In this document: piece by piece, positions 47,643-57,278 of the stretch | How the letters are laid out: each line of letters opens with the position of its first letter | Numbering within the stretch: the stretch's first letter is position 1 | Assembly (NCBI GenBank): GCA_965197905.1 | Contig: CBDAOB010000004.1 | Coordinates: 192,001-256,000, forward strand | From: Candidatus Latescibacterota bacterium | GTDB taxonomy: Bacteria > Latescibacterota > UBA2968 > UBA8231 | DNA length: 64,000 nt | Direction of reading: 5' to 3' | Notes under the pieces: model-generated | The model's input: the letters and a program-made list of their open reading frames with translations, nothing else | Databases searched by the model: none | What the model was told of the DNA's origin: nothing | Made by a program: the position numbers and the translations under genes

Positions 47643-48365
47643 ATGCAGCCGATGCGAATCCATGGCGAACCCAATCCTCGAGCACGTTTCAAACCCTCGC
47701 CGATCGTTGGGGTGACCTCCCTCGAGCTCCCCAGAGAACGACTTTTCAACGAAGGTCCCGAAGCGCTTCGAGACTACGAACTGCTCGCCGTGGTCCTTGG
47801 CACCGGTTGCAAGGGGCAAAACGTGTTGGAGCTGGCGAAGGAGATGCTGTCTCGTTACCCCAAGGAACGCTTGATCCATGCCGAAATTCTTGAATTGCAG
47901 GGGCTCAAGGGGGTCGGGGCGACGAAATCAGCTGTGTTAGTCGCGGCGTTCGAGCTTGCCCGGCGGGCATTGCAGGTGGGAGTGGGTATCTTACCAGGAG
48001 TTACGACCCCGCACCAGGTAGTGCCTCTCCTCGCCGATATCAAGGACGAACTTAGAGAACACTTTGTTTGCTTGTATCTGAATGCACGACACCAGGTTAT
48101 CGAGAAGCAGATCATCTCCATCGGGAGTCTCTCCGCATCGATCGTACACCCACGCGAGGTGTTTCAATCGGCGGTGCTCCACTCCGCTGCCAGTATTATC
48201 GTGGCTCACAATCACCCTTCTGGTGATGTGTCGCCAAGCGCCGACGATATTCAGTTGACCAAACGTCTGGTCAAGGCCGCGGAAATCATGGGCATAGATC
48301 TCTTGGACCACGTGATCATCGCCTCTGACGATTTTCTGAGCTTCAAGGACCAAGGTCTGCTGTGA
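47643..48365 (+). CDS. radC: RadC / JAB-domain protein
   Basis: PRERL..G.EAL.D.ELLA, HhH KGVG..K, VHPREVF, HNHPSGD..PS.DD and LLDHVII. Confidence 0.95.
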   Translation: MQPMRIHGEPNPRARFKPSPIVGVTSLELPRERLFNEGPEALRDYELLAVVLGTGCKGQNVLELAKEMLSRYPKERLIHAEILELQGLKGVGATKSAVLVAAFELARRALQVGVGILPGVTTPHQVVPLLADIKDELREHFVCLYLNARHQVIEKQIISIGSLSASIVHPREVFQSAVLHSAASIIVAHNHPSGDVSPSADDIQLTKRLVKAAEIMGIDLLDHVIIASDDFLSFKDQGLL

Positions 48366-48611
48366 CACCACCCAGCCAACCGCAGAAGGGCGTGACAAAA
48401 TCCGCACTTTCCTTGCCGATCCTGTGACTGCGATCACGGCCGCGAACGCCGGTATCCCATAAGTTGTCATAGAGACCAAATATTGCACCTGGATTTCGCA
48501 ATATGTTGCGTTGCCGAGCGGAAAAAAGAGAGAGTTTTCGGTACGAAATGCGAATTTCCGCCGGGTTTGCAGCGGCGCGGTAGGTTGATCCGAAATGGGC
48601 GCGAAACACCC

Positions 48612-48639
48612 TTGATATTAAAGTTCGAAAAGGTATATT
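48612..48639 (+). promoter_or_regulatory. sigma70-type promoter
   Basis: TTGATA-N16-TATATT in AT-rich sequence upstream of the 48691 gene. Confidence 0.5.
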
Positions 48640-48690
48640 TGGGGTAACCGAGGCGGCACGTTCGAGAAATTTCTTCAGCGTTGAGGATGT

Positions 48691-49425
48691 ATGAAAAGAA
48701 CAGGCAATGACCACTTAATTCCGGTCGAGATTCTCCGGATTTATCCTTACGCTGAAACGCAACAGTCTCTTGGTTTTCACGAAACGTTCATGGTGTTTCT
48801 CAAGGGAGATGACGATACCCGAGTCGTTGCCATAACCATCGGGCGCTCCGAAGGTCAGGCGTTGCATCTGGCGATCAAAAAAATTGCGCCTCCGAGACCG
48901 CTTACACACAACCTGCTGCAGAATCTGCTAGAGAAAATCAGGGGGAAGGTACACAAGCTGGTGATCCACTCCATAAAGGATGGAGTGTTCCATGCCTACT
49001 TGTTGGTCGAGACTCCAGAAGAAACCTACCATCTGGATTGCCGCTCCAGCGATGGCATGATTATTTCCACTTTGGTGGGTGCGCCTATCTACATGAGTCC
49101 CGAGGTCATGGAGGAGGCGGGTCAGGAATTTGAACTCACCGAGTTGGAGGAGGCCGCAGAAGAGTCGTTAGAGGAAGAAGTGAACGCCCAGATCTCCGAG
49201 TTGGAAGAAGTGGCTGATGATGTGGAAGAGGAGGATCTGGATCTGGAGTTGGAGCTTGAGGAGGGAGACTTCGAGCTACACGCCGATGTCGTCGTGCTGC
49301 CAAAGAATCTGGGTGCCAGCGAGCTGGACCAACTGCGAGCCCAGTTGGGCCGTTTGATCGCAGAAGAAGCATACGAGGAAGCCGCCAAGATTAGAGATAA
49401 GATAATCCAGCTGGAGAGCAGCTGA
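48691..49425 (+). CDS. Bifunctional nuclease (DUF151/BFN) with acidic linker and C-terminal UVR domain
   Basis: I.IG..E, RPLTHNL, DGVFHA, DCRSSD and APIY; UVR motif EEAYEEAAKIRDKI. Confidence 0.88.
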   Translation: MKRTGNDHLIPVEILRIYPYAETQQSLGFHETFMVFLKGDDDTRVVAITIGRSEGQALHLAIKKIAPPRPLTHNLLQNLLEKIRGKVHKLVIHSIKDGVFHAYLLVETPEETYHLDCRSSDGMIISTLVGAPIYMSPEVMEEAGQEFELTELEEAAEESLEEEVNAQISELEEVADDVEEEDLDLELELEEGDFELHADVVVLPKNLGASELDQLRAQLGRLIAEEAYEEAAKIRDKIIQLESS

Positions 49426-49455
49426 GCAGAACTCAGTTCATTCATTTCTTACGGG

Positions 49456-49486
49456 TCCCTCGGGTGTCGGCACTCCGGGGGTTTTT
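49456..49486 (+). terminator. Intrinsic terminator
   Basis: CCCTCGGGTG-TCGG-CACTCCGGGGG hairpin followed by TTTTT, between convergent genes. Confidence 0.7.
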
Positions 49487-49499
49487 AGTTGCCGCCACG

Positions 49500-52400
49500 T
49501 CAACGCAAGCAAAGCAGTTTTCGCACCAGTTGTCTGCCGTTGTACTCCACCACCGCAAGATAGACGCCAGATCCAACCTGAGCCCCGCGATCATTCGTCC
49601 CGTTCCACACCGCCACCGGTGTTGCCGCTGAGAGATGGTCGAACCGGAGAGTGCGCAGCTTCTGCCCGGCTAGGTCGAACAAGCCGGCGTCGACGGGAAC
49701 CGTGGTTGTGGCACCCCGAATCGCCAGGTTCACCGCAGCCGAGAACGGGTTGGGCCAGGCCACCAGGTGGGGATCAGGTGAGGTAGCCGAGAGTTTCGCG
49801 GCGGGTCGATGCACTGACAGCGTGAAACTGGATAACGTGCTGTTAAAACCGTCCGACACGTTTATCTTCAGCTCGTGCGAACCGAGGTCGGACACGGTCG
49901 GCCGCCAGGAAATCCTTCCGGTCCGTTGATTCAGTGCCAACCCCTGTGGTCCGCTTTCCAAGGTGTAGGCCAGCGCGTCCCCGTCGGCGTCGACGCCAAC
50001 CAGCTGTAACGCGAACAGCCTCCCAACGATCACCACGGAGTCCGCGGCGGTTATGGTAGGGGCGCGATTGGCGAAAAGCACCCACCGTCGTCGCACCCGC
50101 TCATGAAACAAGCCGACCTCTACTTCAACCGTATCTTCCCCCGCGCCGCTCCAGCTGTAGGCCAGCCTTGCTCCCGTTTCCTGCAGTCGGCCCCCGTTCC
50201 GCTTCCAGCCGTAGGTTGGCCTGTCCTCCCCGGAGAATCGAACGTTTAACAGCACGACGCGACCCTCCGGTATCGCCTGTTTGCTCCAGGTGGGGGAGAA
50301 GGTCAGCTGTTGAGTCAGGGGGCGTTTCACGGTCACATGGCTCGACCGCACCTCAAAGGTATCCACCCGGGCACGGATCTCAACGATGCCTGGCGCAACG
50401 GCGGTCAGGTCGCCGTCGTTGGTGACGGCAACGACGGAGGCATCGCTGGAAACCCAAACGGCCTCATCAACAATCGCTTGGTCCATTCCGTCAGAGTACC
50501 GGCCCACCACCTGGAGTCGAGCGGCAGTATCGGCGATCAACCGCAGATGACCGGGGACCAGTCTGGCGAAACGAAGAACGGGCCGAGGGAGACCTGGCGA
50601 ATGACGATCGCGCCCGGGGAGCAGACTGTGGAGAAAAGGAGTTTTGTTCCCGGGGTCCCAGCACAGGGACTGTCCGGGATCCTGACGTAGATCGTAGCTC
50701 TGCCGGGCAAGGGTATCCGGACCTTCGGGGTCGATGACGAAAACGGAATCCGCGCGGTTTCCAAGGCCACCGCCGATGCGTCCCTGAGCCGAGAAGAAGA
50801 CCCCATTCTCGAAGTTACCGCTGCCAAAGACCGCCACACGACCCCCCGCGGGCAACACGCTCCAGTCGGGAAAACTAAAAGCGCGATTGGACCTGGATCT
50901 TGCATCCTTGAGGTGCAGTCCTGCCAAACGCAACGGGATTGTGCCAAAATTATGCAGCTCGACGAATTCGTCTCCATAGGTCTCCCGGCGCCCGTTCCGA
51001 TTGACGTCGCCACCCATCCCCGTCGGCGGATCGGCGAGGATCTCCGAGATGAGCACCCGTGGGCGCGGCAGAATCCTCAACTTGTACTCCTGTACCTCCA
51101 ACCCGCCCCGGCCGTCGGTCACCTGGAACGCCACCTCTTCCGTTCGTGCCGCTGAAGGTACCTTGCCCGTCATGAGGCCGGTGGCGTGGTGCAGTTCCAA
51201 CCAGTCAGGCGCCTTTACGAACGTGAAGTTCAGAGAGTTATGCTCCGGATCCTCGGCGCGCACCGGGTATCTGTAGTGGCCTCCGGAATAAGCGGTGGAG
51301 TCTGGCGTGGATAACACAATCGGTTTGAGATTGGGTGGATCGGGCGGGGGCCGCACGCGCACGCGACCGATGGTCAGATAGTTGCTGCGAACCCATGCTT
51401 CGATGCGAGCGGTGCCTGCTCTGAGCGGTTCGACTAGACCCGCCGCATTTACCTGTGCGATGCCATCCTCACGGAACAGCCAGTGGGGTAACGATGGATC
51501 GATTTTGACGCTGCCCTCCTCACTGTGACCCCAGAGCGCGAGCGCACGGGGTTCATCGCCGACGGCGATATCGAGGATGTCCAGGCTAAAACGATCATAC
51601 TCGTTTCTCGCGGTGCCCGGAGAGAACAGGCCGCGACCCGGAAGCTGGGTATGGGGGACGTAGCGGTCATGTCTCCGCAGGAGCGACTGGTCGATATTGG
51701 CGCGCGAGCTGTATTCCAGACTGATGATCGTATCGGCCTCCGCACCCGACAGCAACAGAACACGATCTCCGGAGTTGGTGAGACCGTTTCCCAGTTTGCC
51801 GTCATCGACGAATACCTTGCCGGGCACCGAACGCGGCTGCCCACCCCCGAACAGGACCAAGTATTCACCGGTTCGCAGCACGGTTCCCTGGGGGAACACG
51901 AACTGACGACTTACGGCGGTATCGTCGTCGGAGAGGCGCCAACTGGACAGATCCACAGAAGCTCCCCTATTGTGTATCTCCACAAATTCATCCTCGAAGC
52001 GGTCGCTGGTTCCATCGCCATTCGCATCGCCCGAATTCCCCGAGGGCGGATCGGCAAGCAGCTCGGTCACCACGAGGTCGGGTAGCGGTGCAACGCGCAG
52101 CGAAAACCGTTGCTCCACCCAGTGGATGCCATCCGAGAGGTCCAGGGACACGGTAGCTTTCCCCCTACCCTCTGCGCGGCCGGATAGCAGCCGATCGTTC
52201 AGCCCCAGCCAGGGTGGACCTTCTCGCAGCTGCAAATCCAGCGGATCACCGTCCGGATCGGCGATGTCGACCGTATAGCGATATAGCAAGTTCTCCCGCG
52301 CCGTCGTATCCGGATCCGAGACAAAGACCGGAGGTCGGTTCGGGGGTGGAGATACCACCGTCGTTTCCACCTCGCTTTCGACCTCGAGGTATCGGACCCA

Positions 52401-53948
52401 CACCACCACCGATCCCGGTCTCTTGAAGCAGATGCTGTCCCCTATCGTGGCGGCGATGGTCGTATCGGACATCGACCAATCGCCGGCACCCACGATCACC
52501 TCCTCGTTGCCGTCGGAAAAACGGGCTCTCAGCTCCGCGGCATGGCGCTCACCGGCCCGCACCGCCCGAGGGAGTTTCGTTAGCACCCGTTCGAGGACGG
52601 TCCTAGGTTCCCCGGGAGAGAAGAGCTCGCCTTTCCCCGGCGGGGAGCTGTGACCGAGAAAAGGTCCTTTCCCCTCTGGCCAACGAACGACCGACTGGTC
52701 GTTACCCCAATCGGTGTGAAACATCGAATCGACGGTGTCGCCAAATGCGGAAAAGAGCAATACCCGATCGCCCCCATTGGTCAGACCGTTGCCGATGCGA
52801 CCGTTGGCGGCGTACCACACCTTGGAACCCGTTGAACCGCCGCCGCCGAACACGACGAGGTGTGCTGCAGGGGGAAGGATTGCGCCAGCTGGGAACTCGA
52901 ACATCTCGTCTGGGGGCTGATCGTCATCTCCAAGCCGCCACCCTGCCAGCGACACCGTGTCCGCACCGGCGTTGAACAGCTCCACGAATTCGTCCTCGTA
53001 ACTGTGTCGTACACCGTCGCCGTTAGCGTCTCCAGGCGAGCCTGCCGGGGGATCTGCCAGCACCTCATTGATAACGACCTTCAAATTCGCCGGCGGTTGA
53101 GGTATAGTCGGCTGCACGACCTGGATTTGAGCCTCCGTACTGGTTCTGCCACCGAATTCCGATCGCACGCCCGCAGTACCTTGCGACAACGCTTGAATCT
53201 GGCCCGCAAGATCGACTTGCAGAACGGCTGTGTCGGTGGAAATCCCGTTGAGTGTTGTAGAGTCGTTTCCCCCATCCGACCAGTAGAGGATCGACCGAAT
53301 CGAGACACGGGCACCGATCTCCACGGTCGTGTCGGCGGGTTCGATGGAGACAGAGTCCAGGACGGCCCGCGGTGTGCCGGGCGAGAAACAATCTCCTCTT
53401 CCCGGGGGATCGGCATGGGGCAGGAATTCGTCGCAGTTCTGCCTAGATCGCACAATGGATTGGTCCGCTGGCCACTCTGCGCTGACGGCCGAATCGATGG
53501 TATCGCCGGCCGCGTCGATCAGGAAGAGGACATCGCCACCATTGGAGAGACCGTTCCCCAAACGTCCGTCATCAACAAACGCCGCGGCCGCGAAACCCGT
53601 AGGTGCTCCGCCCCCAAAAACCAGCGCTCGCGCTCCAGGCGCCAGCAGCGAAGCTGCGGGAAACTTAAACCAGGATGGGATCGAGGTGTCGTCGTCACCC
53701 AGGCGCCAGCCGGAGAGATCAACCTGGTCCGGCCCGAGGTTCAGAATCTCTACAAACTCATCCTCGTAGGTATGCCGGGTGCCGTCGCCGTTGGCATCCC
53801 CTTCGATTCCGGGGGCAGGATCGGCAAGCACCTCATCGATCCGCACGCCGGATTCGCACGCCGCCGGTATCTCGGGCGGGGAGGAGACCGCGATAACGCA
53901 GACGCTGATAATTCGCCAAGGGGGTGAAACCCTGCGCAGCCCAGACAT
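49500..53948 (-). CDS. Large exported protein: four lamin-tail domains, Ig-like/cadherin-like domains and FlgD-Ig/T9SS-like CTD
   Basis: Four copies of I.E.LADP...GD.N.DG...DEFVE..N; Big_2-like W.SSD..V; D.DGD.L.Y/F motifs; C-terminal PNPF...WNG....G..VGSGVY...RKL. Confidence 0.88.
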   Translation of the reverse strand: MSGLRRVSPPWRIISVCVIAVSSPPEIPAACESGVRIDEVLADPAPGIEGDANGDGTRHTYEDEFVEILNLGPDQVDLSGWRLGDDDTSIPSWFKFPAASLLAPGARALVFGGGAPTGFAAAAFVDDGRLGNGLSNGGDVLFLIDAAGDTIDSAVSAEWPADQSIVRSRQNCDEFLPHADPPGRGDCFSPGTPRAVLDSVSIEPADTTVEIGARVSIRSILYWSDGGNDSTTLNGISTDTAVLQVDLAGQIQALSQGTAGVRSEFGGRTSTEAQIQVVQPTIPQPPANLKVVINEVLADPPAGSPGDANGDGVRHSYEDEFVELFNAGADTVSLAGWRLGDDDQPPDEMFEFPAGAILPPAAHLVVFGGGGSTGSKVWYAANGRIGNGLTNGGDRVLLFSAFGDTVDSMFHTDWGNDQSVVRWPEGKGPFLGHSSPPGKGELFSPGEPRTVLERVLTKLPRAVRAGERHAAELRARFSDGNEEVIVGAGDWSMSDTTIAATIGDSICFKRPGSVVVWVRYLEVESEVETTVVSPPPNRPPVFVSDPDTTARENLLYRYTVDIADPDGDPLDLQLREGPPWLGLNDRLLSGRAEGRGKATVSLDLSDGIHWVEQRFSLRVAPLPDLVVTELLADPPSGNSGDANGDGTSDRFEDEFVEIHNRGASVDLSSWRLSDDDTAVSRQFVFPQGTVLRTGEYLVLFGGGQPRSVPGKVFVDDGKLGNGLTNSGDRVLLLSGAEADTIISLEYSSRANIDQSLLRRHDRYVPHTQLPGRGLFSPGTARNEYDRFSLDILDIAVGDEPRALALWGHSEEGSVKIDPSLPHWLFREDGIAQVNAAGLVEPLRAGTARIEAWVRSNYLTIGRVRVRPPPDPPNLKPIVLSTPDSTAYSGGHYRYPVRAEDPEHNSLNFTFVKAPDWLELHHATGLMTGKVPSAARTEEVAFQVTDGRGGLEVQEYKLRILPRPRVLISEILADPPTGMGGDVNRNGRRETYGDEFVELHNFGTIPLRLAGLHLKDARSRSNRAFSFPDWSVLPAGGRVAVFGSGNFENGVFFSAQGRIGGGLGNRADSVFVIDPEGPDTLARQSYDLRQDPGQSLCWDPGNKTPFLHSLLPGRDRHSPGLPRPVLRFARLVPGHLRLIADTAARLQVVGRYSDGMDQAIVDEAVWVSSDASVVAVTNDGDLTAVAPGIVEIRARVDTFEVRSSHVTVKRPLTQQLTFSPTWSKQAIPEGRVVLLNVRFSGEDRPTYGWKRNGGRLQETGARLAYSWSGAGEDTVEVEVGLFHERVRRRWVLFANRAPTITAADSVVIVGRLFALQLVGVDADGDALAYTLESGPQGLALNQRTGRISWRPTVSDLGSHELKINVSDGFNSTLSSFTLSVHRPAAKLSATSPDPHLVAWPNPFSAAVNLAIRGATTTVPVDAGLFDLAGQKLRTLRFDHLSAATPVAVWNGTNDRGAQVGSGVYLAVVEYNGRQLVRKLLCLR
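50583..53846 (-). repeat. Four diverged intragenic lamin-tail domain repeats
   Basis: Units at about 53846-53368, 53078-52602, 52077-51606 and 51056-50583, each from xxxEvLADP to (F/H)SPGxxR. Confidence 0.85.
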
Positions 53949-54111
53949 GGGCTCCGCGGGGGCAATATCCGCACCAGGGTCGTATTCTCACTAACTTCTG
54001 AAAGCGACGGAACTTAGGAAGGAAGAAGGAAAACGAGGTTGTTACGGAACGGCTACAGTGGTGCCTGTTGGACGAATCGTTGACGGTGCGAGATCCGGAG
54101 GGGTTATGATC

Positions 54112-55035
54112 TCAGAAGGTGCCGCTTACGGATACCCGGTGGACATCTCCGAGGTCGGGGAAGGAAGTGAAGGCATAGTCCAGCCGATACCCCTGCATCA
54201 AGAAGCCGGTGCCGGCGCTGACACCGAGCGGGTCGTTTCCCTCCAAGCCGGTTTGCTGAAGACTGTAGCCCGGGCGCAGGTAGAAACCCCGACCAACACG
54301 AAACTCGGCGCCGAACGCGAAATAGGCGTCGTTGTCATTGGGCACATTGAGATCGGCTAGAATGATCACCGGAACGGGGGCGTGCGCCGGTCTGTGGGTG
54401 ATGCCGACGCTGAAGTTTACCGGCAGCGAATCCTTGGATCCGCCGGCAAACGCGCTGCGCACCGTACCCACATTCGACAACGCCGCTCCGACGGTCATAC
54501 CCGGAATCGGGGCCGGTGCCAGCAGACCGACATCGGCCATGTAGGCATCGGATGAAAAGTCGTCTATCCGCGAGAAAACCGCCTTGAGGTTGACGCCGAG
54601 GGTCAACCAATCGCGCCACATCGGCTGCGCGCGGGTCAGATAAACCGCCAGATCGGAAGCGCCAAAGCTGCCGAGGTCCTGACCCTGAGCGTCCGTGCGG
54701 CGCATATCTCCGTAGTTGAAATAGTTCAGGCTCAATGCCCACACGTGCCCGTCGCCAGGGAATGCGGCACTGGCAAATCCCGCTTCCGTATCGACGAGAT
54801 ACCGGGTGATGGAAACGGTGCCGGCGCGATCGTTCAATCCTAGAAGTCCCGCAGGATTCCAGGTCGTTGATTCCAAATCGCCACTCACCGCCACAAAGGC
54901 GCCGCCCAGCGCGGAGGCGCGGGCGCCGACGGGGATCTTGAGGAAGTTGAAACCGGTGGTGCCGGCGTTTTCGTTAATGGCAAACGCGGGACACGATGCC
55001 AAAAGCAAGATGAGAATTCGGTTCAGGTTGCGCAT
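54112..55035 (-). CDS. PorV/PorQ-family (UPF0164) outer-membrane beta-barrel
   Basis: FLKIPVGARASALGGAF, WNPAGL, LDYAF..DLG.VHRVS and terminal Phe; AAGGAG RBS before ATG 55035. Confidence 0.85.
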   Translation of the reverse strand: MRNLNRILILLLASCPAFAINENAGTTGFNFLKIPVGARASALGGAFVAVSGDLESTTWNPAGLLGLNDRAGTVSITRYLVDTEAGFASAAFPGDGHVWALSLNYFNYGDMRRTDAQGQDLGSFGASDLAVYLTRAQPMWRDWLTLGVNLKAVFSRIDDFSSDAYMADVGLLAPAPIPGMTVGAALSNVGTVRSAFAGGSKDSLPVNFSVGITHRPAHAPVPVIILADLNVPNDNDAYFAFGAEFRVGRGFYLRPGYSLQQTGLEGNDPLGVSAGTGFLMQGYRLDYAFTSFPDLGDVHRVSVSGTF

Positions 55036-55063
55036 ATACTCCTTCAAACGGTTGAATCGCTCG

Positions 55064-56521
55064 TTAAACGCACCAGTCGGCCGCCTGTTCCAGAGCTCGC
55101 CCGGCGCGCAGCAGGAGCTGTTCCTGGAACGGCGCTGCCAGGAGCTGCACACCGATCGGCAAACCCTCGCTGTTGGCGGTGTACGGAATCGAAATTCCAG
55201 GTATGCCAGCCAGGTTCACCGAAACGGTGTATACGTCATTCAGGTACATCTGCAGCGGATCGTCCATGTTTTCCCCGATGGGAAAGGCCACCGTTGGAGC
55301 AACCGGTGCCAGAAGAACCTCAACCGTCTCGAACGCCCGCTCGAAGTCGTTCTTTATCAACGTGCGAACCTTTTGGGCTTTGAGATAATAGGCATCGTAA
55401 TACCCGGCGCTCAAGGCGTAGGTTCCGAGCATGATCCTGCGTTTGACCTCAGCGCCGAATCCCGTACTGCGTGTTTGCCGGTACATCTCCTGAAGGTCAG
55501 CATCCCCATCAGCCCGGTAGCCGTACTTCACTCCGTCGTAGCGGGTGAGATTTGCGGACGCTTCACCCATGGCGATGAGGTAGTAGGCGCCGATGCAATA
55601 CTCCGGATGGCCGGCAACCGGGAGATCGAGCTCTACCACCTCGGCTCCCTGCTGGCGCAGGTTTTCAGCGGCGCTCATCACTGCGGTGTGGATCTCCGGA
55701 TCGAGACCGGGGCCGAAATGCTCTTTAGCGAGACCGACCCTCAATCCCGAGACGCCGTTGTCCAATCCGGCACAATAATCCGTGGCCGGCATCTTTACGG
55801 ACGTGGCATCACGCTGATCGTACCCGGCCACCACGTTGAGGAGAAGAGCGGCGTCTTCCACGTCCTTGGCTACGGGGCCGATCTGGTCGAGTGAGGAGGC
55901 GTACGCCACCAAACCGTATCGGGAAACCCTGCCGTAGGTCGGTTTCAAACCCACGACGCCGCAGTAGCCTGCCGGCTGCCGCACCGACCCGCCGGTGTCG
56001 GACCCCAACGCCAGGATGGTCTCGTGGGCGGCTACGGCTGCCGCAGACCCACCACTGGAGCCACCTGGCACGCGGGCGGGGTCTCGCGGATTGCGTGTCG
56101 GACCGAAGTGGGAATTCTCCGTGGAGGATCCCATCGCGAACTCATCCATATTCGTCTTGCCGACGAGTACCGCATCAGCTTCTCGCAATCTGGCCACCGC
56201 GGTGGCGTCATACGGCGCCACGAAATCGCTCAGAATCCGCGAACCACAGGTGGTCCTTCCCTTTTTGACGCAGATCACGTCTTTGATGGCAACGGGGATT
56301 CCCCCGAGCGCCCCTAACTCTTCCCCCGAGGCACGGCGCGCATCGACCGCACTGGCCTGTTCGCGGGCGGACTCGGAATCGACGCTGATGTAAGCGTTGA
56401 TCTCGCCATCGTTAGACTCAATAGCGCGCAGCACCGCTTCGGTCACCTCCAGCGAGCTGACCCGACCCGCAGCCATCTGCGCGGACAGATGATGGGCGGT
56501 GGTTCTATTGAGCGAGTTCAC
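55064..56521 (-). CDS. gatA: Glu/Asp-tRNA amidotransferase subunit A
   Basis: IKD, GKTNMDEFAMGSS, PGGSSGGS, GSDTGGSVRQPA, RYDG, GFG.EVKRRIMLGT and PLQMYLND. Confidence 0.97.
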   Translation of the reverse strand: MNSLNRTTAHHLSAQMAAGRVSSLEVTEAVLRAIESNDGEINAYISVDSESAREQASAVDARRASGEELGALGGIPVAIKDVICVKKGRTTCGSRILSDFVAPYDATAVARLREADAVLVGKTNMDEFAMGSSTENSHFGPTRNPRDPARVPGGSSGGSAAAVAAHETILALGSDTGGSVRQPAGYCGVVGLKPTYGRVSRYGLVAYASSLDQIGPVAKDVEDAALLLNVVAGYDQRDATSVKMPATDYCAGLDNGVSGLRVGLAKEHFGPGLDPEIHTAVMSAAENLRQQGAEVVELDLPVAGHPEYCIGAYYLIAMGEASANLTRYDGVKYGYRADGDADLQEMYRQTRSTGFGAEVKRRIMLGTYALSAGYYDAYYLKAQKVRTLIKNDFERAFETVEVLLAPVAPTVAFPIGENMDDPLQMYLNDVYTVSVNLAGIPGISIPYTANSEGLPIGVQLLAAPFQEQLLLRAGRALEQAADWCV

Positions 56522-56656
56522 GGGGGCGAATAATCCTGAAGAAGCACTGAGGAGCTACAAATTACGGATGCCCTGTAACCGGGTACCACGAAGACGGACC
56601 GTCTGGCACGCGGGGGAAACGCACAGAGCGGGAGGCCGACTGGCTAGGAGTCGATC

Positions 56657-56935
56657 TCAACGCTTCGGAGTCTCGGTTGTCGTGGTGGATTCCGGGGTCG
56701 AGCTGTTGGAGGGGTCTTGAGGGACCGATTGCTGGGGGGTCGAGGTTTCGATGGTACTGGACGAATTCGAAGAATTGCTGACGTCTATCTCCTCCTGCAC
56801 GTCGCGCATGGCGCGGCGGAATTCGCGAATGCCCTTTCCAAGTCCCTGGGCCATTTCGGGAATCCGCTTGGCGCCAAAGATGAGCAAGATTACCAAGAAT
56901 ATGATCAGAATTTCCCAATGACCCATGCCGAACAT
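56657..56935 (-). CDS. tatA: Twin-arginine translocase subunit TatA
   Basis: G..EIL.I...L.IFG.KRIPE...GLGKGIREFR; GGAGG RBS. Confidence 0.93.
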   Translation of the reverse strand: MFGMGHWEILIIFLVILLIFGAKRIPEMAQGLGKGIREFRRAMRDVQEEIDVSNSSNSSSTIETSTPQQSVPQDPSNSSTPESTTTTETPKR

Positions 56936-56976
56936 GGCGATACCTCCAGAAGTAGGAAACTCGGCCTACAATGCGG

Positions 56977-57273
56977 TCAATACGAATATTTGTAGTAATA
57001 CCAACCGACAAAAATGCCGAGCAGGGTGACCAGATTGAACTTGAGTAGCAATTCGAAAGAGAAGGACAGAATGATGAGGTTGAACATGTGTGGCCCGATG
57101 TTGTACTCGATGTACTGCAGCAGGGCCCGCTCAACGATGCTACCCTCGCCGGCGATGAAGTGCAGCACCGATCGCAGCGCTTCGCCGATGATGTTGGCGC
57201 CCAGCATACTGACGAACAGAATCAGGATCAGGACGCCGATGCTCTTTCGCAGCAACATGAGAGCGCTGATCAA
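56977..57273 (-). CDS. Small membrane protein (DUF4321-like)
   Basis: Hydrophobic; G..IGE, FNL.I.SF.F.L..KFNL..LLG pattern; start uncertain. Confidence 0.65.
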   Translation of the reverse strand: MISALMLLRKSIGVLILILFVSMLGANIIGEALRSVLHFIAGEGSIVERALLQYIEYNIGPHMFNLIILSFSFELLLKFNLVTLLGIFVGWYYYKYSY

Positions 57274-57278
57274 TCAAT

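Noticed and set aside
47643..48365. radC as a mobile-element or anti-restriction marker
   Set aside because: Full-length chromosomal type with N-terminal HhH region and no mobile neighbours.
54080..54110. Antisense promoter TTGACG...TATGAT facing porV
   Set aside because: The 19-nt spacer is too long; probably chance.
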